DNA of 64,000 nt from Phallusia mammillata. Lineage: Eukaryota. The notes beneath the pieces are model-generated. The model worked only from the letters and a program-made list of their open reading frames with translations, did not search any database and was not told the origin of the DNA. Positions 11,300-24,098 of the stretch are shown piece after piece. A program made the translations under genes and the position numbers. The stretch covers positions 15,314,001-15,378,000 of the forward strand of contig OZ281501.1 of assembly GCA_965637545.1 (NCBI GenBank). Reading direction: 5' to 3'. Position 1 is the first letter of the stretch; the number at the start of each line of letters is the position of its first letter.

Positions 11300-12712
11300 A
11301 TGCAAAACGAAACAGAAACATGCCCTATGATCAACCCAGGCACAGCAAATGGTGGCAAAAGAGAAGGCTCAAAAGTAAATGTAGAAGTTGGACAACCTTC
11401 TCCTGAAAGATGGGTGATAGTTTTCATCACGTGTGTTGTGACGAGCATGCGATGTTTTGTATTGGCAGCATTTGGTCTCACCAACAATGTCATGGCCAAT
11501 TACTTTAACGTGGAGCCTTGGCAAATTGACTGGCTTTCGAATGTTCGCGCTTTAACCATTGTTTTGGTTTGTATACCCCTGTTGTTTATATTAAGAAAAT
11601 TCAGCGTGAAAACGTCTATTGTTGCAATGATCGTATGTTCTGCTGTAAGTTTAAGCCTGTCCAGTCTGGCAGTTTCATTTCGTCAAGGTTATTTTATCGC
11701 TATTTTTGGCGAGGTTATGTCTGCTCTCTCCACAACAATCTGGTTCCCACTGAAAAGCTCAATCGCTGCTGTGTGGTTTCCAGCCAACGAAATCGCCTAC
11801 GCCATTGGTATCATGTATATTGGACGGGCTGTTGGAGAAGCTGCTGGTGCTGTGATCGCCCCTTATTTAGTTTCAATCAGTGATAGTGCATCAAAGGTCC
11901 AAATACGTTTGTCCGCATTGTTTGGATCATTCGCAATTGTCACATGGGCTATCCTTATGTTTGTTGTGTTGTTTACGAAACCACGACCCAAGCATCCTCC
12001 AAGCATTGCTCAACTCAAAGTGTTGCAGTTACAAGAGTTACAAGAAAGCACTAGCTTCAAAGAAGAGCTAATAAAATTCAAAAATGTGCAACTAAAATTG
12101 TTGACCAACGTCCACTTTTTAACAGCGTGGTTTGCACGAATTGCTATCGACCCAGTTCCACGATCCACAACCACCTTGCTATCATCGATACTTCAAGCAA
12201 ACTTCAGAAAGAACGGGAATACCAACGTTGACGGAGGCTTTATGATTATGGGACTTTGGCTCATGTCGATTGTGGGCAGTTTTTCAGCAGGTCGTTTGCT
12301 GGTGGTAACTGGTCGTTATAAAGCATCGGTAGTGGTGTCCACTGGCATGGCAAGCGTTTCTTGCGTTGTTGGGATAGCTGGACTAGCAATTACTTCAATT
12401 TCGATGGTTTATGCCAGCCAAATATGTTTGGGATTTTTCGTGGGACTTGCATTAGTGAGTGTTACAGAACTTCTGGTCCAAGTTACTTACCCGACCCGAA
12501 TCACAGATGTATATGTTGTCAATCCAGTTGGCGTAGGAATCATGTTGGTCATTCAAACTACTATTGCTAGATTGTTACTCGAAAAGTTTGGACCTATCGC
12601 AGCATTTGCTATGGAACTGTTTTATCTACTGTTACCAACATGTTCGTTGCCCTTTACAAAGATGCCATTCTACCGCCAAGAAGCAGAGGCCAGCACCATT
12701 GAAGATCGATAA
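11300..12712 (+). CDS. Intronless MFS transporter, FLVCR/SLC49 family-like (paralog 1), 470 aa
   Basis: Single ATG-to-TAA ORF with about 12 hydrophobic segments. Family-type motifs RW.IV, VEPWQIDWLS, AAVWFPANE, P.HPPS.AQ and ELLVQVTYP resemble FLVCR/SLC49 (WFGPKE, PPS.AQ, E.TYP). Confidence 0.88.
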   Translation: MQNETETCPMINPGTANGGKREGSKVNVEVGQPSPERWVIVFITCVVTSMRCFVLAAFGLTNNVMANYFNVEPWQIDWLSNVRALTIVLVCIPLLFILRKFSVKTSIVAMIVCSAVSLSLSSLAVSFRQGYFIAIFGEVMSALSTTIWFPLKSSIAAVWFPANEIAYAIGIMYIGRAVGEAAGAVIAPYLVSISDSASKVQIRLSALFGSFAIVTWAILMFVVLFTKPRPKHPPSIAQLKVLQLQELQESTSFKEELIKFKNVQLKLLTNVHFLTAWFARIAIDPVPRSTTTLLSSILQANFRKNGNTNVDGGFMIMGLWLMSIVGSFSAGRLLVVTGRYKASVVVSTGMASVSCVVGIAGLAITSISMVYASQICLGFFVGLALVSVTELLVQVTYPTRITDVYVVNPVGVGIMLVIQTTIARLLLEKFGPIAAFAMELFYLLLPTCSLPFTKMPFYRQEAEASTIEDR

Positions 12713-12999
12713 AAACAGTTGAGAGCATATCTGATTTTCTGTGTACTTGATTTTCTGTGTATTAAGTCGACTCTTATCAGTCACTTCCGAGTCAGCAATA
12801 CTACTGCGCCATAGGACACAAGGCTCGAAATCAGTTGCTGATCATAGCAAAACATTAGAAAATACAACGCAACCATGGAAATCCTCAACACCATTTCATG
12901 CATTTGAAATTATGGCATAAAAATACAAATTACTACAAGAAAAATATCCAATGTTTCGTTGGCTATACGTAAACGTGACGGTAAAGATGACTAGTTTGC

Positions 13000-13990
13000 C
13001 CAATTATATTAAGCGTATTCGTAGACAAAATATTGAATTGAATTATGCGAAAATAAGGAGATGCGAAAAATATGCAAAGATTAGTACGCCGAATGCCTTG
13101 TCAGTTAAATATTGCAGTTGGTTCTTCATTTAGATTTGTACTGACTTGTAGCAAAAAAACGGCGTGGAATGCTGAAATGCCGCAATGTAAAACATACTGT
13201 AGCATTGCAAAACAATGCCGGAAACATCTGCTAAGTTAGCGTTAAACATGAGATGATAACGAATAGCGTAAACGGCAAGGCAGCTAAAGTCAAGTAATGC
13301 AAGTAGCTACGTGTTACGAAACACAATACATAATCCAGACCGGACACACAACCTCTGAATGAATTAAGCAAAACACGTACCAAGTAGAAGCAGTTTTAGA
13401 CATAAAAAGTGGCTACTATGTAATACAAAGAAACTGTACAAGTAGCAACAAAATAAATACCTGGTATAGATTTTTTAACCAGTGTCTGGCTCTAAACAGA
13501 GGTTGTAACATACTGTCCTTAAGCTTCTCCCAAAAACCAACAACTCATCATCAAACTAGTAGCAAGGGGAACTTGGTTGACTGGAAACCAAACAGCCGCA
13601 CTCGAACATCTCAATGGAAAACACCCAACCGTTGCCAAAACTAACGTTGTCTGACCAAGTATTGCCACTTGGTATCCGTTTGGAATATACAGCGCCCGAC
13701 AAATCAAGGAAAACCCGATGGCAATGCAAAAGGTTGCGGCGGCGATTGCAGGTTTGAGTCCGAACATTTTAAGTCCAAGAAGCAAAGGTGCACTGCACAA
13801 CGTCATGATTAGTGCGTGGACAATTGACAAACCAATCAATTTGCCAAATCAATTTGTTCTATGTTGATTGTGCCAAACGCCGTCAAGTTATACCCTTGAA
13901 AAAAAGATATAAAGAAGTTAAGAGATGTTAAGAACCACTTTTTGGCGACGACTTGATAATGTATTCACATCGTTCCAGGTTTTCGCCGTA
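13000..13990 (-). pseudogene. Inverted, degenerate SLC49/FLVCR-like copy
   Basis: Minus-strand translation gives IKSSPK(R)WFL...FFQGYNLTAFGTIN, WQIDWF (frameshift) SIVHALIMTLCSAPLL...ILGQT...AAVWFPVNQVPLATS...FLGEA*GQYV...*. This is collinear with both intact neighbours but has at least two frameshifts and several in-frame stops. Ends are approximate. Confidence 0.8.
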
Positions 13991-14153
13991 TCCGATTTCT
14001 GATTATTTATTTATTAACGGGTTGGTTTCAGCTTGAACAACCATTTAGTCGTTTTCAACAACTTAAAATAGTTTTAAAGTTAAAGTTTTTACGGTCAGTT
14101 TAGGAATTGCATTAACCTAGCCCCTAGGTAGCAGTAACGTCATGCAACAAATT

Positions 14154-14477
14154 GGTAGAGCTACTAACACGATATGTTTCAGGAGATCCAAAAGTGCTTA
14201 ATTTTCGACAGGTGGCGCAAACAGCACTTTTTTTATTTAAAACGGTATATCTCAAAAAATGCTAGCGGTTAGGGCTATTAGGGTCGGGGTCAGGTATTAG
14301 CATTTAAAGTTCAATAAAACTAGCAAAAAAATAGTTACTAATGCAACATTTTCAAAAACTTGCATCCCAAACCAACCCCTCTTTAGCCGCTAAATAAATA
14401 ATTCAGCTCTTTACGCCACCTATCGAAAATTAAGCACTTTTGAATCTCCTGGAACATATCGTGTCAGTAGCTCTACC
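14154..14477. mobile_element. Mutator/MULE-like MITE, 324 bp, long TIRs
   Basis: About 70-bp imperfect inverted repeats beginning GGTAGAGCTACT(A/G)ACACGATATGTT. Identical 9-bp TSD CAACAAATT at 14145-14153 and 14478-14486. Confidence 0.85.
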
Positions 14478-14984
14478 CAACAAATTTTCCAACCAATCGA
14501 CACAAGGATAATTAACAAGACAAACGCGTAACAATTTGTTCTTTATATACCAACATAACGGTCCTCTTCTAATTCTTAAATAATTTTCTACAGGTCTGTA
14601 CATGCTCCTATGTCTAAGTTATTGATATAGAAGCAAATATGCTTTTGTGTGGGTTCATGAATGCATCCTGTGTTGCACATTTTTACCAGGAAAATTCACC
14701 AAAGATGAATGAAAGGTTAGTAAATGGCAAATTCTAAACATTTTCTCTCCAAGGTGATTTGATTTTTTGTGACTTTTCAACAATCAAAGAAGATAAGGTT
14801 GATTTCCAGTTGTGGAATTGATTAATTGAATCAAGTCAAAGTTCCCCTAATAATGACATCTAAGTTTCTTCGTTTCGGTTTGGTAGCAATTGGTAATTTA
14901 CAAGTTAAACGGTTGTGATTCTCTTTGCTCAGTAACAACAAAGCACCAAGAGTCATACAAAGGCCTGACCTTCAGGTTCTAAAC

Positions 14985-15743
14985 CAGTGGTTCCCAACCT
15001 TTTTGACCTTGCGGAACCCTATCAAAGAGATAAATAGTTTGCGGCACCCTGGCAAAATTGGATCAATTTTATGAGGTTTCTGTATTTCAAATAACTGTAT
15101 GAAATAACACAGAATGAGTTGTACAGTATAGCGCGTGTAAATAAATGTATCTATTTAAAAGTCAGTGTAAAATTTGGGCTTGGCTTCTTGCACAAAGTCC
15201 CTTAATAGCCCATTTGGTGGCGCATTCGATAAAGACACCCGCATTTCTTTCCTCGAAGTTGCTGTTCTCGTTTTTTAATTTTTTTTATATTCGTTAATAC
15301 GAAAAATGCCGTCACCCACAGAAGCCATTTGTACATATGCTTTCAAACGCACCTTAGTTGGCAAACAAAATTCGTACCAGTTTGTATTCTATCGCAATTT
15401 ACAATTGACCATGTCTTCGAGCCCATTTGTGGGCCCGCCGCGGTTAAAGGGTTTGTAACTTAGACTTAACTCGATGAGCTGTGTATCGATGGATTAGCTA
15501 TATATCGTATCCCCATGCAAAGGTTTCCAACAATGTTATCATGATGAACCAGGCGAAACGCCGTCTAGTGTTAAATGAAATAAATGAGTGCTTAACATTT
15601 ATAACTGAAACTCGGCAAAAAATAAATAAATTCCGCACGGGTTAAAGTTAAAATAAAGAATGGGCCGCAGTAATGCAATGTTAATATCTCGCGGTACCCT
15701 TGAGCATTGCAATTGGCCGCGGCACCCCGGTTGGGAACCACTG
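14985..15743. mobile_element. Non-autonomous hAT element, 759 bp
   Basis: Perfect 15-bp TIR CAGTGGTTCCCAACC ... GGTTGGGAACCACTG. Identical 8-bp TSD TTCTAAAC at 14977-14984 and 15744-15751. No transposase ORF. Confidence 0.92.
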
Positions 15744-17105
15744 TTCTAAACGAAGAAAAATTTACATTTTTTTTGCTGCTAAACTTAAGAAATCATAATG
15801 TTTGAAAGATACTGTTTACAAGATTAGACTTTTGTTATTGTAGGATTATTTTGTTAGTAAAATCATGGAGTAAGTTTTATCTTCAAATACGGTCAAGATT
15901 CAAACAAACCTCAACGAATGTGCTTTTTTACTGGAAACTGCAACTTTATTAAAACGAAAGAAGCATACGACGGGTGAATATGCAAAGATAACAAGACAAA
16001 TTTCTTTCAGCAGTCTGCTTTTCGCTGTGACACGATTCGACAAAATACGGGAAACCAATGTGTCAACATACGACGTTTAGACAGTTTCATTAAACAAGAA
16101 ATCTCCCTTCAACAATTTCCGGAGACAAGAAAATCTCTAACTAAATACATTTGCAAATGCATGAGTATGCATACATATGCATGAACATGAGATCATTTTT
16201 TTCTTTTAAATTTGAAATAGCAACACCGCCTTTGTAAGAATTGTTGTGCAATTTAACTTGGTAAAAAAATGATTTTATTATTTATGGATGTCATGTTCAC
16301 TGCAAGATTGTTCAAACTATGCTGCGATTGTTTTATGCGACTTTATTTAAAATGAAGTGAAATAATAAGATATAAATGAAATCAAGTCAAGAGAATTCCA
16401 ATTTTGAAGGTGATTTGTAAAGATTAGGCAAATAGTTTCATTGCGCTAACCTAACTGAAACAACTATAATCTGTTGCCAGATTCACAGTTGCCGTTTGAC
16501 TGACAGCATGTCTGCGTATTATTCCTTATGCAGAAAGAACCGGGAAGTAGTTTCATTTCCTTGTCAGATTTCCAAAGATAAATAATTACTTTGGTAAAAA
16601 AGGAAAGCTACCAGAAATGCGACTTTAACTAACTCAAAGTCGCTTTTTTGCTTTAAAGTTTTTCAAACCGTCTTGCTTCGTGGTACGTCCTTTCAAAAAA
16701 GCAATGCGATTTTAGCAAACAAATGCGTATTTAGATTTTTTGATAGTTTAAAAATTAGACCGATTCGTATGATTCGCTTATATTACTTGGCAAAGAAACA
16801 GATTTAGTGGCAAGATGCGTCTACAATAAACAAGGATATAGCTAAAAACATAATGTTTCAAATAGCTAAAAACAGCGCAAATACGCATTTAGTTCAAAAT
16901 AGATCAGAGTTCAGGGTTTGAAATATCTCTTTTTCACTCCAGGTAGAGAGTAATATTTTTTTTTTCATTTAAGGGTTGAGTGTTAAATAGGTTTAGTGGA
17001 AGAGTCCTAACATCAAAGTTAATGTGTATATTTTTAAAAGGCGTTGTTTTTTTTACACAGCTTCACAGTGTCACATCAAAGTTTTGCTGTATGTTAGTTG
17101 GAGCA

Positions 17106-18533
17106 ATGGATACAGGAAAACCCACGTTAAAGGAAACTGTCTGCAAAGTTGGCACGACCAAACCCCAAGAAGCAATCGGCGAAATAAAATCGTACAAACT
17201 ACGTTTCTTGATCGTGGTTCTTACCTTTATGACGATATTTTTTCGTGGATTTAACCAGGGCTGCTTCGGGTCCATCAACAACGTTCTGACGGGTTTTTTT
17301 CATGTTGAACCATGGCAAATAGACTGGTTTACCATTATTCAATCGGTTGTATTCATGCTTGCTACCTTGCCGTTGTCGTTCCTGGTGACCAGATGCGGGT
17401 ATAAGTCCACGTGTCTACTTATGATTGGTGTACTGATGGTGGGTGTCATGACAATCACAGTGGCATTTTTCCTGCCTCACGGCTACCCTTTGGTACTTTT
17501 TGGACAAGCAATTGCAGGTTGCAACAATTTGCTGTCTTTGTCGATTGAAACAACAACCGCTGCCGTTTGGTTTCCAACTAACGAAATTCCTACTGCTATC
17601 GCCTTCATGACAGCAGCACGGGCTCTTGGCGATGCAGCAGGTTCGGTGACGACCCCTCACTTAGTTAGTGTTGCGGACACAAGAAGTCAAGTGCAATTCA
17701 AGCTTGGGCTCCTGTTTGCCACGATATCCGTCATTTTAACCACAGTTTTCGCAATGGCTGTATATTTTTTTGAAGACAGACCACCACTGCCGCCCAGCCT
17801 CGCACAAGCTAAAGCCCAAAAAAGTCAAGAAGCCGAACGAATAAAGAACGTTTCTCTTAGCGACGGACTTAAAAGTTTCAAAGTACTTCTTGTGAAACTG
17901 TTCTGCGATCGCTATTTTTTGGTGGTTTGGGCTGTTTTTGGAATCGTCAACCCTGTTTTAAGGAACAACACAATTCTCCTGGCTTCTGTATTACACAGTG
18001 AGTTTGCCGCCAAAAATGGTTTGAATTCTTCAGCCGGACTGGTGCTTATGGTATCATGGCTTTGTTATGCCATTGGGTGCTTTAGTTCAGCGCCGATCTT
18101 AACAAGAATCAAGCGAGCTAAAGCCTTGGTGATTGTAACGGTATCTTTGGAGAGCCTCTCCTGCATGCTGTGCCTTATTGGGGTCAAAATGTCATCTATA
18201 GTCATAGTATATGTCGGGGTTGTGTTTATCGGTTTATTTCTCGGTGCTACTTCAGTTGGACTATACGAGCTGCTGGTTGAGGTTACCTATCCGGAACCAA
18301 CATTGCAAGTTACAATGCTAAACATGATTGGCCTTGGATTCATGCGAATGACCTACCCGATCATCGGTCGGGTTTTGTTGACCACTTCTGGCGCTGTGGC
18401 GTCTGTGGCATTCCCATTTGCAATGACCTCTTTGGCTGTGATATTGCTGGCCTTCAATAAGTTACCTTTTCACAGATCAGAGGCAGAAAAAATGGAGAAC
18501 CAGAAACTGCTACCTACGAAGAGAGGGGCATGA
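17106..18533 (+). CDS. Intronless MFS transporter, FLVCR/SLC49 family-like (paralog 2), about 475 aa
   Basis: Within ORF 16980-18533. The first ATG at 17106 aligns with the start of paralog 1; the upstream TTG start is not credible. Motifs VEPWQIDWF, FGQ, AAVWFPTNE, PPLPPSLAQ, YELLVEVTYPEP; about 12 TM segments. Confidence 0.88.
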   Translation: MDTGKPTLKETVCKVGTTKPQEAIGEIKSYKLRFLIVVLTFMTIFFRGFNQGCFGSINNVLTGFFHVEPWQIDWFTIIQSVVFMLATLPLSFLVTRCGYKSTCLLMIGVLMVGVMTITVAFFLPHGYPLVLFGQAIAGCNNLLSLSIETTTAAVWFPTNEIPTAIAFMTAARALGDAAGSVTTPHLVSVADTRSQVQFKLGLLFATISVILTTVFAMAVYFFEDRPPLPPSLAQAKAQKSQEAERIKNVSLSDGLKSFKVLLVKLFCDRYFLVVWAVFGIVNPVLRNNTILLASVLHSEFAAKNGLNSSAGLVLMVSWLCYAIGCFSSAPILTRIKRAKALVIVTVSLESLSCMLCLIGVKMSSIVIVYVGVVFIGLFLGATSVGLYELLVEVTYPEPTLQVTMLNMIGLGFMRMTYPIIGRVLLTTSGAVASVAFPFAMTSLAVILLAFNKLPFHRSEAEKMENQKLLPTKRGA

Positions 18534-19575
18534 CAACCCTGTTGCAGCTCTGTAACTGTAGTTTATGCTCGATTATTACGCCAGGAATTTTGTTAAAGAG
18601 TTTTTACGTTGTGTCATAGTCAGTTACGAACTGTTCATTTATGTACTTTATGTTAAAATGTAGATTACAATATGCTGTATACTGTTTTGTTTTTTGTAAC
18701 AAGGTTTTTTAGTGCCAAGTAAATTCGTTGCAATAGTAAAGATGCTTTTTACTTTTACACAGAACTGTCAAATGTTTACAAATGTTTTTTAGCGACTTGT
18801 CAATTTTGTAAGTGTGTTTTTGTACAATTTTGTGCGTGCTTTTCTCATCCAGAACAACTTGTGGTCGTTTATGTAATAACATTCTACTACTTTGTTATTC
18901 CGTGGTGTAGCCTACTCCTATGTGACGACAACAACTTTGGCCTGACTTGGGATCAACACAATCCAAGTTCAAATTAATAAACGTCTATTCGAAGTAAAAG
19001 ATTCATTTTTTTTAAGTTAGGCCCGCGGTCTAACAGAACACATGCACATAGGTATATGTCATCAACTAGTAGCCTAAATATTCAGATAGTGTATGCTTTG
19101 TCAATCAAATATGCAATCTACCCGACTCTAAACTATGAAAATGCATCTATGCAATGTTTATAAAATCTAGGCCTTACAAGAAACACTTCTTTGACAAAGT
19201 GCCTAACAAACAATTTCACACACGTGAATACAAGTTATAACGTTTGTTAGGCGAAGACTTAAGATTGAAAACAAAAGTTTTTATCCACACTAGCTCACAT
19301 AAAAGTGGAGAGTATAAATCATAGCTTTATTTCCATTCATAAGTGTATGTTGCATAGGATCCGGCTTGCTGAACCCTACTGTTAAGAGACAAGAAGGAAA
19401 AATTAAACCATCAATCATGCTGAAATCCTTGCGCCGGCTGTTAGAACGACAGCTGTTAGATTAGTGAAAATCTAAAAGAATGCAAATATACCGTAACTGT
19501 CTGACACAGTTAGCCAAGTTTAGCACTTGTCATTGACTTTCTTTCCAAAGCGTTCATTTGCGTCCGCGGACCGGC

Positions 19576-19590
19576 GGTTGGGAACCACTG
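19576..19590. mobile_element. Solo right-end TIR of the same hAT MITE family as 14985-15743
   Basis: GGTTGGGAACCACTG is identical to the right TIR at 15729-15743. No matching left end found. Confidence 0.55.
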
Positions 19591-19736
19591 GTCTAACCTA
19601 CAGAAACAATTGCGCGCAAAAAATATGCCGCAAATATATGTTTTGTTTTCTATACTTCAAACACTAAATATTCAGATTAAAGGGCCTGGATCTACTCTTA
19701 AAAAGTATTTAATGAAAAACAAAGCTATGATGAAAA

Positions 19737-19920
19737 NNNNNNNNNNNNNNNNNNNNNNNNNNNNNNNNNNNNNNNNNNNNNNNNNNNNNNNNNNNNNNNN
19801 NNNNNNNNNNNNNNNNNNNNNNNNNNNNNNNNNNNNNNNNNNNNNNNNNNNNNNNNNNNNNNNNNNNNNNNNNNNNNNNNNNNNNNNNNNNNNNNNNNNN
19901 NNNNNNNNNNNNNNNNNNNN
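19737..19920. other. Assembly gap (184 N)
   Basis: Run of N bases. ORFs 19610-19954 and 19672-19944 are artefacts of reading through it. Confidence 1.
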
Positions 19921-22900
19921 GACAGAAAAGTGGTTATCTTTCACAAGCCCTTAACCGTTCGCTTGTTATGATTGGAAGTTTGTGTTAATGTCGAGTTTAG
20001 GCTTGATTATCTTGATGTCCTTTGATATACATGCATGTAAAATGAATCAATCAAAATTATGCCATGGACTAATTAATTGACAAAGATGCATTGTATCGTA
20101 ATCATCAGATATCACACAAAAAACTTAAGCATTCAATTGAGAAGTTACTTTTTTTGATTTGCCACAAAACCGAAACGCATTTTGAAAAAGCATCCCCAAA
20201 ACTGAGGACAGTAAGCTATTGGATGACAGTTTTGCTCACTGAAAATCATTATGTATGTTGTGCAGTTGTCTTAAGCACGTGTGTGGCAACCCGCGGGCCA
20301 AATGCGACCCTTTGTAGCCTATAAAGGTTGTACGGCCCGCGGAAACGTTTAAGGTGTAAATGAAGTGTAGTGGTAGCGAGCGATTCAGTTGTTATTTGTT
20401 CCTGAACAAATCAACGCACTCTTTTTTAAAGACTTTGCGAACTTACCTGACTGTTGCTAAACTATAGATACAAACGTGTTTAATACGCCACAATATAGGC
20501 AACTTTTGTTGCATTAAGGTCTGACCCGCAATCTGAACATGTTAACTTGTATTTAGCCCATCGCAGTTTATGGTTACACGGCTCTGCTCGAGGACGTAGT
20601 TGGACTATTCGCCTTAGTCCACAACTACGAGAAATTTGCATGTGCTATATGCACAAGTTTAAAATGAGCTTGAAAACGAAATATCTTACTTAATGGGGCT
20701 AATCTGTGTTGCCAAACATTGCTAGCGAATTTGTTGCTACAATTATTAATTTAACACTTAACATGGCATTGTTTTTTGAAACCTGTGAAAACACTTGGCA
20801 ATGAAATAAAAAGAAAGGCTGTGTTTAGGATTAAAGGGCTTAATGTATCACTATTGTTCAAACATAAATGACAATATTGTTCCATAAATATGTTTATTTT
20901 AGTTTGTGCACGACACGGTGTAAAAACTTTCTGATACAGACCAACTTTTACGCCCCATGCAATGCTGCCTTATTATATTGAAGTCTTGCTTTAATGCCAT
21001 GGCAGTGTGTGCACACACTGACTACATTGTAGCAGCCTTGCACATTGCTGTTTAGGAAACCGTTGAAAGAGGATTAAGTTACATTGCGACAGCGTCGTCT
21101 ATTAAAGCGACACGACCAACGCTACAGTCCCTTAATATTGGCGTGTACCCAACTATAGTTAAAGGTAGAGCGTAGCAGAAGCAGCTGTGTTGCTCAAAGG
21201 CTATGTGATGGGGCCGCGTTAAGAATGACGTTGTACGTGTTGGCATCGATTTTACCCGATGGTGACTGTCAAGCGGTTTCTCTAATCTATGTTTGTTTGA
21301 CAGCAGTGAATGCGTCCAAGATTGATGTAAAAACGCGGGAACCCTAAATGAGGGGCGCGGAATAACAAATTGAAAAGGGTAAGAAACGCACTTCGGGGAA
21401 AAAGCCTTTGGGACTTGTATGTCTTACTAAAGGTCAAAGCGAAACGAAAAACATGTGTAATACGTACACAACAAGCTGATTTCATCGGGATGATTTTTCA
21501 CTTGAGGAAAAAGATCTAAATCTCGACAAACGTCTAGAGTAGTCTGTTTGACGGTATTTGGACCAGTATTTCAGCCAATTCCAGCACCGAATTGTTTAGT
21601 GAAGTGGTACATTTTGTCCGTCTTATTATTAGTGATTATATTCTGTACAAACAGCTAATTTTTAGTCAAGGACAGTTTTAACAGGATGTGATATACAAGA
21701 AAACGTTTTAGATACACAAGAATACACAAGAAAACATTTTACGTTTTAGACTAAGTTACTGTAGAATGTTTTAGTTGTTTCATAACAACTGCAGTAGCAT
21801 ACGTATAAAACACGGAAACTCAGATGTAATATTTCAGGAGCTTGCCGTAAAACATATTTTTGCTTTGCTAATGTATAACGCATGACATCTTTGACATCTA
21901 ATGTCATGTATTTACCAATAATTAGGTTTGTAATAGGCGGTCAGATATACGTTATGTTTTTGACAGATGACATAAATTTTCTAAAGTCAGTTTTGGTAAA
22001 ACTCAAACTTCATGCCTTATAACAGGACCACAAACGAACCGCAAAATCGGTCAAGCCCGAGACAGTTCAATCGATTTGTCGTTAATTTGGACGAGGCTGC
22101 AACATTATCCGGTTAATGAATTTTAGTTTTTGGGCCTTTTGCTGATTATGAGATAGCTTTACCCTTCGTCGGGCGTTCTATAAGAAGGTTATGGTGCCGC
22201 TAACTTAAGGCTCTGCATCAAATACGTCAAGAGCAGCTTAACTTTGTTTAGACGGCGATGAAAATACTCTACATCGAAATATTGTCACGTATGTTTCTGC
22301 TGTTTTTTTTGCGTTAATGATTCGATTTTTGATAAATCTTCTAGTTTGTTTAACCTCTACCGCTTAAACATTGGCCGTGTTTAGAGTTATGGTCTTAGAT
22401 AAAGATCTTGTCAGAATCGTTGGTCCAGTCCGTAAAATATTTCTCGGTTCTTAGCGCAAAAAACCTTGACCGAATACTGACTTCAATAATAGTAATGAAA
22501 TAACTTTAACATACGATGTTTGAGCTAACAGTATTATCAAGAACTAAAAAATCTGCCTTTTTGAATATAGGCATCATTTAGCCCCGGGTTAAGGTTTCTG
22601 CCCTACCAGAATTACAATCTGCCATCATCGTATTAGTTGAACTATAGTTGAACGATGTCTATTAAGTTTGATTTAATTTCGACTCCATCTGTTCGGTGTC
22701 GAAAGAGTCAATTGTATTTGATATTGTAATGAAATTTGTTATAATTCGCTGTCACATATAAGTGTGACATGTGGAAAAGAGATACACAACTGTATCGCAA
22801 AAAAGGTTTGAAGTACTTCCAGAAATTGAACATTAAAAAGTTAGGTTTGTTACTGGCAAAACGGGTTTTGCTTTAAGGGAAAGAGATTTAGATGAAAAGA

Positions 22901-24098
22901 TACTTAACAAATGGAGAACCTGTGGTGGGTTTTGAGATGTTTTCAATGTATTGTGTTCGTAACAATATGCGCACCAAGGCGGTGCGTGTTGTTACAAAGC
23001 AATTAGTGCAAAAATAAAACATATTAGGTTTTGCAGCGTAAAGTTGGGTTGTATTGGTAAACAAAAACGCCCACAAAAAATCATTCAAAATTCCAGTTCC
23101 TGATGAGATAATTAAAGGACTAAATAACACACCTTATAGAAAAGATGAGCTTAAATTTGACGGCAAATCCTAAGTTTGCCAAAATGCACTAAATGACGTA
23201 ATTCTTAGAATCAATAAGCTGACAAGTTTGCATCTTTTGTTGCGGCCACATGCAATTATCTATAGCATATGTTTTTATGTGTAATGAAAGGTGAAACTTC
23301 TTGTTAGTCGACACAACATCTGTCCATATTGATGGTTGCACAAAAGCAAACCGTATAGCTGATGTTTTCTTGCCTGTAAAAACTTTATTAACGGTTAAAT
23401 TTTAATGACTGGCGGTTGTCCAATTGGTTATGGCATTCGTTTTGCTGTGGCAGATACCGTAAAAACGATTAATCGGACGTGTACTCAAGCAAAAGACACT
23501 CAATATATCCCCTAATCAGTTAATTATTAATGTCAATCAACAGGCGTAGTGACACATTAAATTACGGGATATTATGGGTCGATTTAAGCACAGTTTACTT
23601 TCAAACGGTAACTAAAATGTCAAGTTTTCCTACATGCCTTTAATGCAATATTGCGGTCTATGGGTTGTCGTTAAATAAACCATAGTATCATAAAATGGTC
23701 ACATGTGCTTCCAAACCCAACAGGTGTAGAACTTTTGTTGAAAGAGCAACAGGTGTAAGGAAAACCGCAAACAAGGGAACTTAACCTGAAAATAGTTGCA
23801 GTTCTAATGCCGGAATTCGATGCGTAACATTTAGCCACTTCTGTCAGAGTTGTAAGTCGACCCGGACTTTTGGCGTCGGGAATCGAGCTTAATTCAGAAT
23901 ATAAAACAAGCTTCATTCGGGCCTGAGTTGACACAATTCCACCAACTTTGAGGCTTAAATTAGCTTTTATTTTAGAATCGGGTTCGGTCATGTTTTAGGA
24001 TACTTTCGGGTTTGGGCTTTCCTTTAAAGTTTAAAGCATACTTCCAATCCAGCTTGTGTCAAATTAATGAAAACGTATAGTACACGTCTGCTATAAAC

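Noticed and set aside
16980-17105. N-terminal extension of transporter 2
   Set aside because: It starts at TTG, contains an acceptor-like TTTTACACAG and has no counterpart in paralog 1; more likely intron or 5' UTR.
19610-19954. ORFs crossing the N run
   Set aside because: Artefact of the assembly gap.
21003-21020. Perfect 18-bp palindrome CAGTGTGTGCACACACTG as a Helitron end or terminator
   Set aside because: No CTRR 3' end at a suitable distance and no other support.
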